Shown one piece after another: positions 49,056 through 59,302 of a stretch of 64,000 nucleotides of DNA. The translations under genes were made by a program, and so were the position numbers. How positions within the stretch are numbered: the stretch's first letter is position 1; each line of letters begins with the position of its first letter. The notes below the pieces were generated by a model that had not been told where the DNA came from, did no database searches, and worked only from the letters and a program-made list of their open reading frames with translations. This DNA comes from an uncultured Vicinamibacteraceae bacterium (GTDB lineage Bacteria > Acidobacteriota > Vicinamibacteria > Vicinamibacterales > UBA8438): positions 23,717 to 87,716 of the forward strand of contig CAYFER010000002.1 in NCBI GenBank assembly GCA_964342185.1. The letters run 5' to 3'.

Positions 49056-50066
49056 CTATACGTGAGTTCTGGCGTTCTTCTTGGCCACGCGCCGTCGGAC
49101 GGTGGACTTGGACTGACGTTTCACCAAGGAACGATACTCTCGGATAAGTAAGTCAAGATGCTCACGCTCTTCATTAGCAAATTCTAGAAAAATCTGCTTC
49201 CCCGCTGAGTCCTCAAAACGTTCGCCATAACGTCTGAAAAAACGATGAGAACCCCGTTCGCACCGAATCCCAATCATCAATGCTTCTTTATCATCGACAA
49301 TCTTATCTAGGTCTTCCAAACCAGCCGCGAACAGACCATTCGCAGCTCCCTTAAAAAATAGGAATGTAGGACGGGATTCAAGACTGGGATCTTGATCCAA
49401 AAGTTCTTTGTAACGTAGTTCAAGTTTACCCAGGTGCTCCTTTTCTTCCTCAGCTAAACGCTTAAAAACGCGTCTCCCGCTGGCATCATTCGTAACCCGC
49501 GCGGCACGGGTATAAAAATCTAAGCCGCTTCGCTCAGTTGCGATAGCAATCCTCAATGCATCACGCGCAAACAAAAGCTCCGTAGGCACTCTCCCGCCTG
49601 GTGGCCGTCGCCCTGTCTGACACTCGTCACAAGTTCCATATACTTGAACGACACTCTGACGAGAGGAAAAGTGACGAGCCGTCGTAATCTCTTCGATGAG
49701 GGTTTCGATATCTGAGCTCAAAAACTCAAACGACCGATTACACGTCTTACAAATGAGGTGGAAATGTTTCGGATGACGGTAGGAGTGCTCGAAACGAAAG
49801 CGTCCCTCACCAAAATCGACCTTACGGGCGATACCGGCCTTCACCATCCACTGGAGCGTCCGATACACAGTCGCCCGGCTGACCTTGTCGTCTCTCGCCC
49901 TAATAAGAGTCACTAGGTCATCGGCACTTAAATGTCCCTGCTGTCCAAGAAACACATTGACGATTAATTCGCGTTTCGTGGACCTGCGACCACCCGATGG
50001 CCTGAGGCGATTCAGGTATTCAGACTGCGGCTCCATCTCAGATGATAGGAAAGGACGCCGCGGCAC
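49056..50066 (-). CDS. Fur-family regulator fused to a rubrerythrin/ferritin-like domain
   Basis: HLSADD, ATVYRTL, HFHLICKTC and GTCDEC (Fur), followed by two E-x(30)-EExxH-type half-sites (IATE..EEEKEH; IRCE..NEEREH). Confidence 0.88.
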   Translation of the reverse strand: MPRRPFLSSEMEPQSEYLNRLRPSGGRRSTKRELIVNVFLGQQGHLSADDLVTLIRARDDKVSRATVYRTLQWMVKAGIARKVDFGEGRFRFEHSYRHPKHFHLICKTCNRSFEFLSSDIETLIEEITTARHFSSRQSVVQVYGTCDECQTGRRPPGGRVPTELLFARDALRIAIATERSGLDFYTRAARVTNDASGRRVFKRLAEEEKEHLGKLELRYKELLDQDPSLESRPTFLFFKGAANGLFAAGLEDLDKIVDDKEALMIGIRCERGSHRFFRRYGERFEDSAGKQIFLEFANEEREHLDLLIREYRSLVKRQSKSTVRRRVAKKNARTHV

Positions 50067-50107
50067 AACCGCCCGGCGCTACACCACAAGAAGAAACACA
50101 GCAACGT

Positions 50108-50461
50108 TCAGACTCCGAACGATTGACCACAGCCACACGTCGTCTTAGCATTCGGGTTCTTAATGGTAAAACCACCGCCCGTCAGGTTGTCGACAAAATC
50201 AACCTGTGCTCCTGAAAGATAACGCACACTAATCGGATCAACAAAGATCTTGACTCCGTTCGACTTGAAGATTTCATCAGCCTCGGCATCACCCGCACTT
50301 TCTTCAATCATTAAGCCGTACTGGAAGCCAGAGCATCCGCCACCTTGCACGAATACCCGAAGACCTGCACTTAATTTATTCTCGTCGGACAGCAGCTCCG
50401 AGATTTTTCCCGCTGCAGCATCACTCACACTAATCGGTGCATCTGTCACTGTCGTTATCAT
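50108..50461 (-). CDS. A-type Fe-S carrier (IscA/ErpA/HesB family)
   Basis: GGGCSGFQY and NPNA..TCGCGQSF motifs. Confidence 0.95.
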   Translation of the reverse strand: MITTVTDAPISVSDAAAGKISELLSDENKLSAGLRVFVQGGGCSGFQYGLMIEESAGDAEADEIFKSNGVKIFVDPISVRYLSGAQVDFVDNLTGGGFTIKNPNAKTTCGCGQSFGV

Positions 50462-50546
50462 TTAGCTTACTCTCCAATTTGAACAATTATAATGAGCCTT
50501 TTCAGGCTACTTCAAGACAAATTGGAGTGCAAGCTCCCCTTTCATC

Positions 50547-51506
50547 ATGTTAAGTTCTTTTTCAGAAATGACTTACACGAGTGATTCAAACAAATCACTG
50601 GACCTTGCCGAGCAACGGTGGGACCGACTTTCAGTTCGTTACCCTGATCTTCTTCCAGCGATTGAAATGCAGCGGCGTGTCATAAAACGAAGCGTCAAGC
50701 TTGGATTGTTCATCGACCAGAAGCTTCCGGTGACGTTCGACCTAGATTCAACAGCTATCGCTGCAAAATTAGAGCGAAAAATACCAGTCCTAATCGATGA
50801 AACGATTGAAGTTGACAGTGCCAACATTGAACCTTTCGTTCTTGGGTTTTGTGAAGATTTAGCGTCTGGCGAAGCCGGCGGAAGCGCTGTACGACTGGGT
50901 ACAATCTTAGAGCAAGGACAGATCCACATAGGGTCACTCTTAGCAGCGTCACTGGGAAGGAAACAGGAAGCGATACGCACCAAAGCTCACCACTTAGGTA
51001 TTGCGCCCGACCTACTCTGGCTAGTGGCTGAACTAGCCGCCGGGCCAGTCGCGAATCGCCTTCAACACAAACTATTGACGGAACTGCACCAAAAGCACGA
51101 GATTCGACCGTTGCCTCTCTGGGACGGAAGTCAAGGGTTCTGCGCCGCTTGCGGTTCTTGGCCAACCTTCCGTGAAAGAATTCTCAACGAACGGGAAGAG
51201 CAGTTACTTCGCTGCTCGTTCTGCGGCGCAGCTTGGACAAACATAGATACAGAATGCATTTACTGTGACACAAGCGACGCTTCACCTATCAAAGCAGCGA
51301 GTGACCCAGAACAGTCGTCAGAGCATTTGGAACTTTGCCAACATTGCGGTGGTTACCTCAAATGCATCGCCGTCCACAACCCGACACCTTTCGAACTGCT
51401 TCCCATTGAAGACCTTGGCACTTCCCAACTCGACCTCGGCGCCGTCGAGCAAGGATACAGCCGGCCTCCGATGCGGGAGTTCGCACCAATGCCTGACACT
51501 ATTTAA
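50547..51506 (+). CDS. fdhE: Formate dehydrogenase accessory protein FdhE-like
   Basis: CAACGSWP, LRCSFC..W, CIYC and CQHCGGYLK...DL.T..LD..A...GY motifs. Confidence 0.82.
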   Translation: MLSSFSEMTYTSDSNKSLDLAEQRWDRLSVRYPDLLPAIEMQRRVIKRSVKLGLFIDQKLPVTFDLDSTAIAAKLERKIPVLIDETIEVDSANIEPFVLGFCEDLASGEAGGSAVRLGTILEQGQIHIGSLLAASLGRKQEAIRTKAHHLGIAPDLLWLVAELAAGPVANRLQHKLLTELHQKHEIRPLPLWDGSQGFCAACGSWPTFRERILNEREEQLLRCSFCGAAWTNIDTECIYCDTSDASPIKAASDPEQSSEHLELCQHCGGYLKCIAVHNPTPFELLPIEDLGTSQLDLGAVEQGYSRPPMREFAPMPDTI

Positions 51507-51543
51507 TGTGACACGTGGTTAACACGTAAACTTATGTTATCCC

Positions 51544-52338
51544 ATGAAAACGGCCCTCACGATCGCTGGAAGTGACTCAAGTGCCGGAGCCGGAATTCAG
51601 GCCGACCTAAGAACCTTCAACGACTATGGCATTCATGGCGTTTGCGCTATAACTGCGGTCACATGTCAGAACACGACCGGCGTGAACACCATCCATCAAG
51701 TGCCAGCCAACATCGTCGCCAGTCAGATCGAGACGGTCGTCGCGGACATCAGTGTTAGCGCGGCAAAAACAGGAATGTTAAGCAATCGAAGTGTTGTCGA
51801 AGTCGTGGCACAACTGATCACAGACCTTCATATTCCATCGGTTGTCATCGATCCGGTCGTGGTGTCATCAAGTGGGCAAAGACTCCTGGACACTGAAGCC
51901 ATTGGGCCACTAAGAACTGAGCTGCTGCCAAAAGCCACTTGCATCACTCCGAACCGGATGGAAGCAGAGCTGCTCAGTGAACGTCAAGTAAAATCACTTG
52001 ACGATGCCCGTGACGCCGCACGATGCATTGTCGACCTTGGCGTCGGCGCAGTTGTTGTAACGGGAGGGCATTTTTATTCTGAGAACGCAATTGACATATT
52101 CTGTGACGGTCACGATGTAATTGAGTTTGCACGACCTCGCTTGACGCAATCAAGCGCTCACGGAACCGGTTGCATATTCAGTGCCGCTATTACCGCAGCT
52201 CTCGCACAGGGCCAGCCGCTGCCTGCTGCCGTTAATATGGCGAAGTCTTATGTTTTTGAAATAATGCAACGAAGCATAACAATCGGAGCGGGGGAGAAAA
52301 TTCTAACAAAGCACGACAAAGCAACTGAGCCTGGATAA
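51544..52338 (+). CDS. thiD: Hydroxymethylpyrimidine/phosphomethylpyrimidine kinase
   Basis: TIAGSDSSAGAGIQAD, KTGML, IDPV, TPN..EA and HGTGC motifs. Confidence 0.95.
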   Translation: MKTALTIAGSDSSAGAGIQADLRTFNDYGIHGVCAITAVTCQNTTGVNTIHQVPANIVASQIETVVADISVSAAKTGMLSNRSVVEVVAQLITDLHIPSVVIDPVVVSSSGQRLLDTEAIGPLRTELLPKATCITPNRMEAELLSERQVKSLDDARDAARCIVDLGVGAVVVTGGHFYSENAIDIFCDGHDVIEFARPRLTQSSAHGTGCIFSAAITAALAQGQPLPAAVNMAKSYVFEIMQRSITIGAGEKILTKHDKATEPG

Positions 52339-52414
52339 CAGCTAGTAGCAAGAACATACGCACCTAGAAATGTCGAAGTAAGACGAGTTCGATCTTCGCT
52401 GATATACTCCGAAA

Positions 52415-52909
52415 ATGGTTATCTCACCTTTTGTCATAACGAACGACCCGCTCAGAGTTGAGCAGGTCGTCCAAGCTGTTTATGACGTGACAAATTCGAC
52501 GGCGGCAGGGCACGGTGCCGTCACCTCATTTATTGGCCAAGTAAGAGGACAAAATTTAGGTAAGCAGGTATTAAGACTTGAGTATGAGGCATATAAACCA
52601 CTCGCAATTAAAACTTTTGAACGAATCGAAACAGAGGCACAAAGCCGATGGCCAGGCATCGTTATGGCGCTCCATCACCGACTCGGAGTTCTGGCCATTG
52701 GCGAGACAAGTGTCGCGATCGCGGCGTCATCTCCTCACCGAGCTGAATCGTTTGCCGCGTGTCGCTATGCGATTGAACGTATCAAGCAAATTGCACCAAT
52801 ATGGAAACACGAGTTTTTCGAAGGTGGCGACATTTGGGTCGAAGGTGCAACGGCTGACCCAGACAATGAGGACGCACGTGAAGACGCGTATCGCCGAGCA
52901 TGCGTGTAA
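52415..52909 (+). CDS. moaE: Molybdopterin synthase catalytic subunit
   Basis: GA..SF.G.VR, LEYEAY, HRLG.L, SPHR and APIWKHE motifs. Confidence 0.95.
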   Translation: MVISPFVITNDPLRVEQVVQAVYDVTNSTAAGHGAVTSFIGQVRGQNLGKQVLRLEYEAYKPLAIKTFERIETEAQSRWPGIVMALHHRLGVLAIGETSVAIAASSPHRAESFAACRYAIERIKQIAPIWKHEFFEGGDIWVEGATADPDNEDAREDAYRRACV

Positions 52910-53184
52910 CTGTTAGATTGTTTGCTCGGTTGCGAGATATCACTGGCTCAAGCGAGCTACACATAGATTTACCCGAAAATGCAACAGCTGGATCTCTCTG
53001 GGATTCATTGGCTGCACAACATAGCGAGTTAGCTAAGTATCGTGATGTCATTTCGACTGCCGTCAACGAAGACTATGCTAAGTTGGACTGCACTTTATCC
53101 GACGGTGATGAAGTTGCTTTTTTACCACCTGTATCTGGTGGTCAACCCAATAATTCAAACCTCATTCATGTGATCGATGTTTGA
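52900..53184 (+). CDS. moaD: Molybdopterin synthase sulfur carrier with 13-aa extension after GG
   Basis: VRLFA.LRD, AVNEDY and [14 protein letters not shown], followed by [13 protein letters not shown]. Confidence 0.9.
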   Translation: MRVTVRLFARLRDITGSSELHIDLPENATAGSLWDSLAAQHSELAKYRDVISTAVNEDYAKLDCTLSDGDEVAFLPPVSGGQPNNSNLIHVIDV

Positions 53185-54256
53185 CAAACTCAAGGAGGTA
53201 GAGTCTCGATACGATGAATTAATCACGTTGGTTAGTGACGCAGCAGGCCTGGCTGATCCAAGCGAGTACCGGAAACACTCTAAAGCTTTGTCTGAAATTC
53301 AACCTTTAGTTGAAAAATACAGAGACTACAAAGCAGCAACTGCTGAAGCTGCCGAAACTCAAGAATTAACCGACGGCAACGACGACGACCCAGAACTTCG
53401 AGAGCTTGCGAAGCAGGAATTGATCGTACTTAAGGAACGCCAGAAGTCGTTGCTGGCAGAGATTAAGATACTGCTCCTTCCAAAGGATCCCAACGACGAA
53501 CGTAATGTCGTTCTCGAAATCCGAGCAGGGACAGGTGGTGATGAAGCCGGGTTATTTGCAGCCGACTTATTTCGGATGTACTCACGATTTTCGGAAACTC
53601 ATGGCTGGAAAGTTGACGTGCTCTCATTGAATGAGACCGGTGTTGGAGCTATAAAAGAGATCATCGCTCTTATCGAGGGTCAGCGTGTATACAGCCGACT
53701 GAAATACGAGAGCGGTGTGCACCGCGTCCAACGCGTTCCAACTACCGAGGCCAGTGGCCGCATCCATACCTCGACAGCAACCGTGGCAGTTCTGCCAGAA
53801 GCGGAAGATGTTGATGTTCAAATCGATGCCAAAGATCTGAGAATTGACACGTTCTGTTCGAGTGGACCTGGTGGACAGAGTGTCAACACAACATACTCGG
53901 CCGTACGAATTACGCATATTCCGACTGGCCTGGTCGTATCTCAGCAAGACGAAAAGTCACAAATCAAGAACAAAGCAAAGGCCCTAAAAGTTCTCAGGTC
54001 TCGCCTCTACGAAATGGAAATGCAACGACAGCAGAACGAGATCGCTCAAGACCGCCGAACACAGGTTGGAACTGGCGAGCGATCGGAGAAAATTCGTACT
54101 TACAACTTTCCACAAAACCGTGTCACCGATCATCGAATCGGCTTCACCACCCACAAATTGGCACAGATGCTCGACGGAGATACCGACGAAATTTTTGACA
54201 CCCTTGTCACCCACTTTCAATCCGAACAACTCAAAGAAACTGAGCCTGTGAAATGA
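53177..54256 (+). CDS. prfA: Peptide chain release factor 1
   Basis: [15 protein letters not shown] (PxT), GPGGQSVN and RTYNFPQ motifs. Confidence 0.97.
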   Translation: MFDKLKEVESRYDELITLVSDAAGLADPSEYRKHSKALSEIQPLVEKYRDYKAATAEAAETQELTDGNDDDPELRELAKQELIVLKERQKSLLAEIKILLLPKDPNDERNVVLEIRAGTGGDEAGLFAADLFRMYSRFSETHGWKVDVLSLNETGVGAIKEIIALIEGQRVYSRLKYESGVHRVQRVPTTEASGRIHTSTATVAVLPEAEDVDVQIDAKDLRIDTFCSSGPGGQSVNTTYSAVRITHIPTGLVVSQQDEKSQIKNKAKALKVLRSRLYEMEMQRQQNEIAQDRRTQVGTGERSEKIRTYNFPQNRVTDHRIGFTTHKLAQMLDGDTDEIFDTLVTHFQSEQLKETEPVK

Positions 54257-55116
54257 AAACGGTTCGCGACCACGTTGCCGCAGGACGGTTGGACTTGCTC
54301 TCAGCCGGTCTAACAAACGAAGAAGCGGCAGGTGACGCAGAAGTGTTGGCGCGCAATGCGCTAGGTTGGGATCGAGCAACTTATATATCTAACGCGCGGG
54401 CCTCAGTTCCAACTGGATTTGTCCACCGCTATCGTGGAATGCTTGACCGGCGCGTTCAGAGAGAACCAGTTGCACTCATTACAGGACAGCGCGAATTCTG
54501 GGGCCTTGCATTCTCGGTAACGAGAGATGTTCTTACGCCACGTCCAGAAACAGAGCTTCTCGTCGAAGAAACGATCACTCGCGTCAACAAAGACGACCAA
54601 ACGAGGCCCCATGTCGTGGATGTTGGAACAGGCTCAGGTTGTGTCGCTATTGCAGTCGCGAAAACTAGCAGCGCTCAAATTACGGCAACTGACGTTTCAA
54701 GCCTGGCCATTGACGTGGCCCGACACAATGCAAAACGTCACGGTGTAGATGACTCAATTCAGTGGGTCTGCGCACCCCTTCTTCAGGGTGTTTACGAGCC
54801 GCCTGACATCATCACCGCGAATCTGCCTTATATCCCCACCATGGAAATCTCACAGTTGCCGCCAGAAGTTCGACAGTTTGAACCACGTATGGCACTTGAC
54901 GGTGGAACCAATGGGCTTGCACTCATCACTCAACTAATACGTGAAGCTTCCCTTCGGCTCAAGAATGGCGGTAGCCTGATCCTTGAAATCGGCTCAGGCC
55001 AAGCGCCTGCATTATCCGTATTTCTGGAAACGACCCGAGAGCTTGAGATAGTCAAAACTCGAAACGACCTCCAGGGAATCGCCCGTGTCATAACCTTACG
55101 ACGTCACAATTCCTGA
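54253..55116 (+). CDS. prmC: Release factor glutamine methyltransferase
   Basis: PRPETE, DVGTGSG, NLPY (NPPY variant) and ALDGG motifs. Follows prfA. Confidence 0.95.
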   Translation: MKTVRDHVAAGRLDLLSAGLTNEEAAGDAEVLARNALGWDRATYISNARASVPTGFVHRYRGMLDRRVQREPVALITGQREFWGLAFSVTRDVLTPRPETELLVEETITRVNKDDQTRPHVVDVGTGSGCVAIAVAKTSSAQITATDVSSLAIDVARHNAKRHGVDDSIQWVCAPLLQGVYEPPDIITANLPYIPTMEISQLPPEVRQFEPRMALDGGTNGLALITQLIREASLRLKNGGSLILEIGSGQAPALSVFLETTRELEIVKTRNDLQGIARVITLRRHNS

Positions 55117-55141
55117 TTCACCCTTTCGAGGTTACTTGCCA

Positions 55142-55489
55142 ATGTCAAAAAACTGCCTCTTCTGTAAGATAGCAAGCGACAAGATTCCTGCGACAATTGT
55201 TTATCAAGATGACCGCCTTGTTGCCTTCAAAGACATTAATCCTCAGGCGCCTACCCACATCCTCGTCATCCCACGGACCCATATAGCAACGTTGAATGAA
55301 CTATCGGCTGCCGATGACACGTTGGTGGGTGATATGGTGAGACGAGCCGCTGCGATAGCGAAGGAACTCGGACATGCGAATGACGGCTATCGCACTGTTT
55401 TCAACTGCAATGCAAATGCAGGGCAGACCGTGTTTCACATCCACCTCCATCTTTTTGCAGGACGGCCTATGGACTGGCCTCCGGGATAG
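55142..55489 (+). CDS. HIT family nucleotide-binding protein
   Basis: CLFCKI, DINPQAP.H, GQTVFHIHLH and WPPG motifs. Confidence 0.95.
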   Translation: MSKNCLFCKIASDKIPATIVYQDDRLVAFKDINPQAPTHILVIPRTHIATLNELSAADDTLVGDMVRRAAAIAKELGHANDGYRTVFNCNANAGQTVFHIHLHLFAGRPMDWPPG

Positions 55490-55511
55490 ACTCCTGCATG
55501 CTGATGAGTTG

Positions 55512-56207
55512 CTAAAAAGCCAGGAGCACAGCGGGTAACTGCACCAGCGTCTGAATAACTGGAACTGGACAGGCGTTGCTTGTAACAACATTCCCGACAC
55601 GATCGAGTAACACACCATGCATCCCTACCTGCTGAGCTCCACGGATGTCGTGGCTCATGCTGTCGCCAACCATCACGGATTCAGTGGGAATTGCATCAAC
55701 AAGCTTAAGTGCCGCTTTAAAAATACTCGGATGAGGCTTCATATAGCCGTGTTCAGAAGATGAAAGCGCAGCAACGATATAATGCTCGAGCTTGAAGTAA
55801 CTTTGAAACGTTTGCAAACAACGGTGGGTATTGGAAATTAGACCAATTCGAACATCGTTGTCACACAGATGTTCAAACGTGGATCGAACATCATCGTACA
55901 GCAGAAAATTACTGCAGACGGCCCATTCATCATAAATTTCACGAGCGCATGGGTCGAGAGATGGGCCCACTCCTCCCATGTTTTCGAGTACACACTTAGC
56001 GTACCTGATGAAAATTTCTGGTCGATATAACTCATCCCACTTCGTATCCAACTCGACCGCTGCCGATGCGACAGCTTCAGCAAACAGAGAAGCATCAATC
56101 TTTAATCCGTGGCGGACACCAAACCGACGATACCCCTCTCCATCAAACTTCGCCCCGGGATAGATCAACGTGAAGTCGACATCAAAGAAAACTGTTGTTG
56201 CCGACAC
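55512..56207 (-). CDS. HAD-superfamily hydrolase
   Basis: FDVDFTL, ISN, KPHPSIF and VGDS..HD motifs. Confidence 0.9.
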   Translation of the reverse strand: MSATTVFFDVDFTLIYPGAKFDGEGYRRFGVRHGLKIDASLFAEAVASAAVELDTKWDELYRPEIFIRYAKCVLENMGGVGPSLDPCAREIYDEWAVCSNFLLYDDVRSTFEHLCDNDVRIGLISNTHRCLQTFQSYFKLEHYIVAALSSSEHGYMKPHPSIFKAALKLVDAIPTESVMVGDSMSHDIRGAQQVGMHGVLLDRVGNVVTSNACPVPVIQTLVQLPAVLLAF

Positions 56208-56398
56208 TGCGTCCCTTTTTCACTCCGTATAGTTCGATTAAGACCAACTGAACATTCTAGGCTTTCGACGATTCAGTCACTTTATTGAATACTCTGTGGC
56301 GCTTAGTTGCCGGTCATTATATAGGCCCTTGCCTAAGACAGACCGTCTTGTCAGGCGAAGTTCACAAGCTTTGAACTACAATGAGGCTCGTTTTACCT

Positions 56399-59275
56399 AT
56401 GACCGACTGGAAGGACACACTGAACCTGCCCCGGACTGGCTTTTCAATGAAAGCCAGTCTTCCAACAGCGGAACCAAAAGCCATTGACCGCTGGGAGTCG
56501 ATTGGACTGTACGAACGAATTCGTGCATTACGGGCGGGTTGTCCACGTTTCGTTCTTCACGACGGACCGCCCTATGCGAACGGACGGATTCATCTCGGCA
56601 CGGCGCTGAACAAGATTCTAAAAGACTTCATCGTTAAGGCACGTACCATGGCAGGATTTGACGCACCGTACGTGCCCGGTTGGGACTGCCACGGCCTGCC
56701 GATCGAACTTCAAGTCGATAAGAAGTTGGGAAAAAAGAAACGTGATCTAAGCATCGCTAGTTTTCGCCGCGAATGTCGAACATATGCTGAGAAATATGTG
56801 GCGTTGATGCGAAACGATTTTAAGCGCCTTGGAATCATCGGACAGTGGGACTCACCCTACCTCACGATGAACTTCAGTTATCAAGCAGCAATTGTGAAGG
56901 CGCTCGGCACGCTCGTGCAAAAAGGATTGGTGTACAAAGGCAAGAAACCCGTCCATTGGTGTGTCCACTGCCGTACAGCATTAGCCGAAGCCGAGGTGGA
57001 TTACGAACCACACACCTCGCCCTCAATCTACGTAGACTTCCCGCTAGCCGATAGCAGCACTAACCAATTGACCGATATAGCCCCTGCATTAGACGGGCGA
57101 ACCGTGTCTGTCGTGATTTGGACAACTACACCGTGGACACTTCCCTCAAATCTTGCGGTCGCCTTTCACCCTGAATTCGATTACGCAGCCTATGACACTT
57201 CTGGCACGGTCGTCATTGTCGCTGAACAACTGGCAGAAGCAGTTGGCAAGTCCGTAGGACAGGTCTTTGAGACACCTGTTGCACGATTCAAAGGCCGAGA
57301 ATTAGAGGGCTTGCGATTCCGACATCCACTTTACGACCGTGACTCGATAGCGGTGCTCGCGGATTATGTGACATTAGAACAAGGAACCGGCGCAGTTCAC
57401 ACTGCTCCAGGACATGGTGCCGACGATTTTCTGACAGGCCAACGTTATGGTCTCGATGTCTACGCACCAGTCAATTCGAGTGGTCGGTTTACGGATGAAG
57501 TGGCTCAGTTTTCAGGAATGCGAGTATTCGACGCAAACCCAGAGATTGAGAATGCTCTTCGCACGGCGGGACGTTTGCGGCACAGAAATGATTTTAGTCA
57601 CACGTACCCGCATTGTTGGCGTTGTCACCGCCCAGTTATTTTCTTGGCCACCCCTCAATGGTTTATCTCCATGGATGGTGCGCCAGCTACCAACACCCAA
57701 CCCGAGGCCGACGAGTTCAGTCTCAGAACCCAAGCCGTTGATGCGATTACACAGGTTGGCTGGTTCCCGCGCTGGGGAGAAGAACGACTTCGAGCCATGC
57801 TTGAAACGCGACCGGACTGGTGCATTTCTCGGCAACGTTCATGGGGTGTACCAATACCGGCGCTGCGGTGTCAGTCCTGCGACGAGGCCATCCTAAGTTC
57901 AGCCGTCATTGACTCCACCGAAGCCGTTTTCGCTTGTCACGGCGCTGACGCATGGTACGAACACGACCTAACGGCGTTTGTACCAGAGAACCTGACATGC
58001 CCAAAATGCGGAAAAAAAGACTTTGATCGTGAGGAGAACATCCTCGACGTGTGGTTTGATTCCGGTGTGAGTCTTGAGGCCATTCAGACAGACAACCCTC
58101 AGTTGAAGTGGCCAGCAGCACTCTATCTAGAAGGTTCTGACCAATATCGAGGATGGTTCCAAAGCTCCTTACTTATCGGCATCGCAACCCATAATCAAGC
58201 TCCCTATAAACAAGTTGTTACCCACGGTTTCGTTGTCGATGAATCTGGCCGAAAAATGTCGAAATCACTCGGCAACATGATTGAGCCACAAACAATAATC
58301 AAACAGAGTGGTGCCGAAATCCTTCGTCTGTGGGTTGCAATGGTCGACTACAGAGAAGAGATCAGAATCGGCAAGGAAATCCTTGACCGTGTCATCGAAG
58401 CCTACAGAAAAATTCGAAATACATTGCGAATCTTGATCGCGAATCTATACGACTTCGACCCCTCTGAGTGCATTGATGTCGACGAACTTCAGGAACTTGA
58501 TCGCTATGCGCTTGCTTTATACGGCGATGCTGCAAAAAAAATACTTGCAGCGTACGACAATTACGATTTTCAGACGATTGCGCACACAGTTAACAATCTA
58601 TTGACTGTCGATTTAAGCGCTTTTTATATCGATATCTCAAAGGATCGACTTTACACATTTTCGGAGGCATCACCGGAACGGCGGTCAGCACAAACCGCAA
58701 TATACTTGATCACCGAAGGTCTGACACGTCTTTTGGCACCTCTACTGCCTGTCACTACCGATGAACTCTGGCAGCACCTTCCAGGCGATCGAGATGAGAG
58801 CGTTCACTTAGCTGACTTTCCTTCTGGTGCCGATCAATTGATAGACCACGAACTGATCCAGCGCTGGACCAGACTGAGGAGCATCCGCGACGCTGTCAAC
58901 ATTCGCCTTGAACAGCTTCGAAAAGAGAAAACCGTTGGAACTTCACTTGAAGCTCGCGTTATGTTGCGAGCCTGGGGAACAACCTCGACCTTACTTGAAA
59001 CCTATCGAACAGAACTTCCGACGTTGCTGATTACCTCACAAGTTGACTTGGCAACTGAGGGAGAAATGCCAAGTAACTCAACAATACTTGAAAACATGGC
59101 AATCACGAATTGGCAAGAACCAGACGGATCCCTCGAAATCAATGTGGCGCGAGTGGCTGGCGTAAAGTGTCCGCGGTGTTGGCGTTATGTGGACTCTTTA
59201 TCGACAGATCCTACGCTTGAAGGACTCTGTAAACGTTGCGTTAGTGCATTATCGGAGACTGCAAGTGCAAAGTGA
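56399..59275 (+). CDS. ileS: Isoleucine--tRNA ligase (IleS1 type, C-terminal Zn finger)
   Basis: TLNLP.T.F.M, DGPPYANG.IHLG, PGWDCHGLP, WTTTPWT, EGSDQYRGWF, KMSKS and CPRC...CKRC motifs. Confidence 0.97.
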   Translation: MTDWKDTLNLPRTGFSMKASLPTAEPKAIDRWESIGLYERIRALRAGCPRFVLHDGPPYANGRIHLGTALNKILKDFIVKARTMAGFDAPYVPGWDCHGLPIELQVDKKLGKKKRDLSIASFRRECRTYAEKYVALMRNDFKRLGIIGQWDSPYLTMNFSYQAAIVKALGTLVQKGLVYKGKKPVHWCVHCRTALAEAEVDYEPHTSPSIYVDFPLADSSTNQLTDIAPALDGRTVSVVIWTTTPWTLPSNLAVAFHPEFDYAAYDTSGTVVIVAEQLAEAVGKSVGQVFETPVARFKGRELEGLRFRHPLYDRDSIAVLADYVTLEQGTGAVHTAPGHGADDFLTGQRYGLDVYAPVNSSGRFTDEVAQFSGMRVFDANPEIENALRTAGRLRHRNDFSHTYPHCWRCHRPVIFLATPQWFISMDGAPATNTQPEADEFSLRTQAVDAITQVGWFPRWGEERLRAMLETRPDWCISRQRSWGVPIPALRCQSCDEAILSSAVIDSTEAVFACHGADAWYEHDLTAFVPENLTCPKCGKKDFDREENILDVWFDSGVSLEAIQTDNPQLKWPAALYLEGSDQYRGWFQSSLLIGIATHNQAPYKQVVTHGFVVDESGRKMSKSLGNMIEPQTIIKQSGAEILRLWVAMVDYREEIRIGKEILDRVIEAYRKIRNTLRILIANLYDFDPSECIDVDELQELDRYALALYGDAAKKILAAYDNYDFQTIAHTVNNLLTVDLSAFYIDISKDRLYTFSEASPERRSAQTAIYLITEGLTRLLAPLLPVTTDELWQHLPGDRDESVHLADFPSGADQLIDHELIQRWTRLRSIRDAVNIRLEQLRKEKTVGTSLEARVMLRAWGTTSTLLETYRTELPTLLITSQVDLATEGEMPSNSTILENMAITNWQEPDGSLEINVARVAGVKCPRCWRYVDSLSTDPTLEGLCKRCVSALSETASAK

Positions 59276-59302
59276 GACAAGGTTGGGAGTACAATCATAG
59301 CG

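Noticed and set aside
51507-51543. TPP riboswitch before thiD (also checked before thiO)
   Set aside because: The spacers are too short and lack the CTGAGA core.
54253-55116. PrmC NPPY-to-NLPY change as loss of function
   Set aside because: NLPY is a variant I recall from other PrmC proteins, and the rest of the protein and the prfA linkage are intact.
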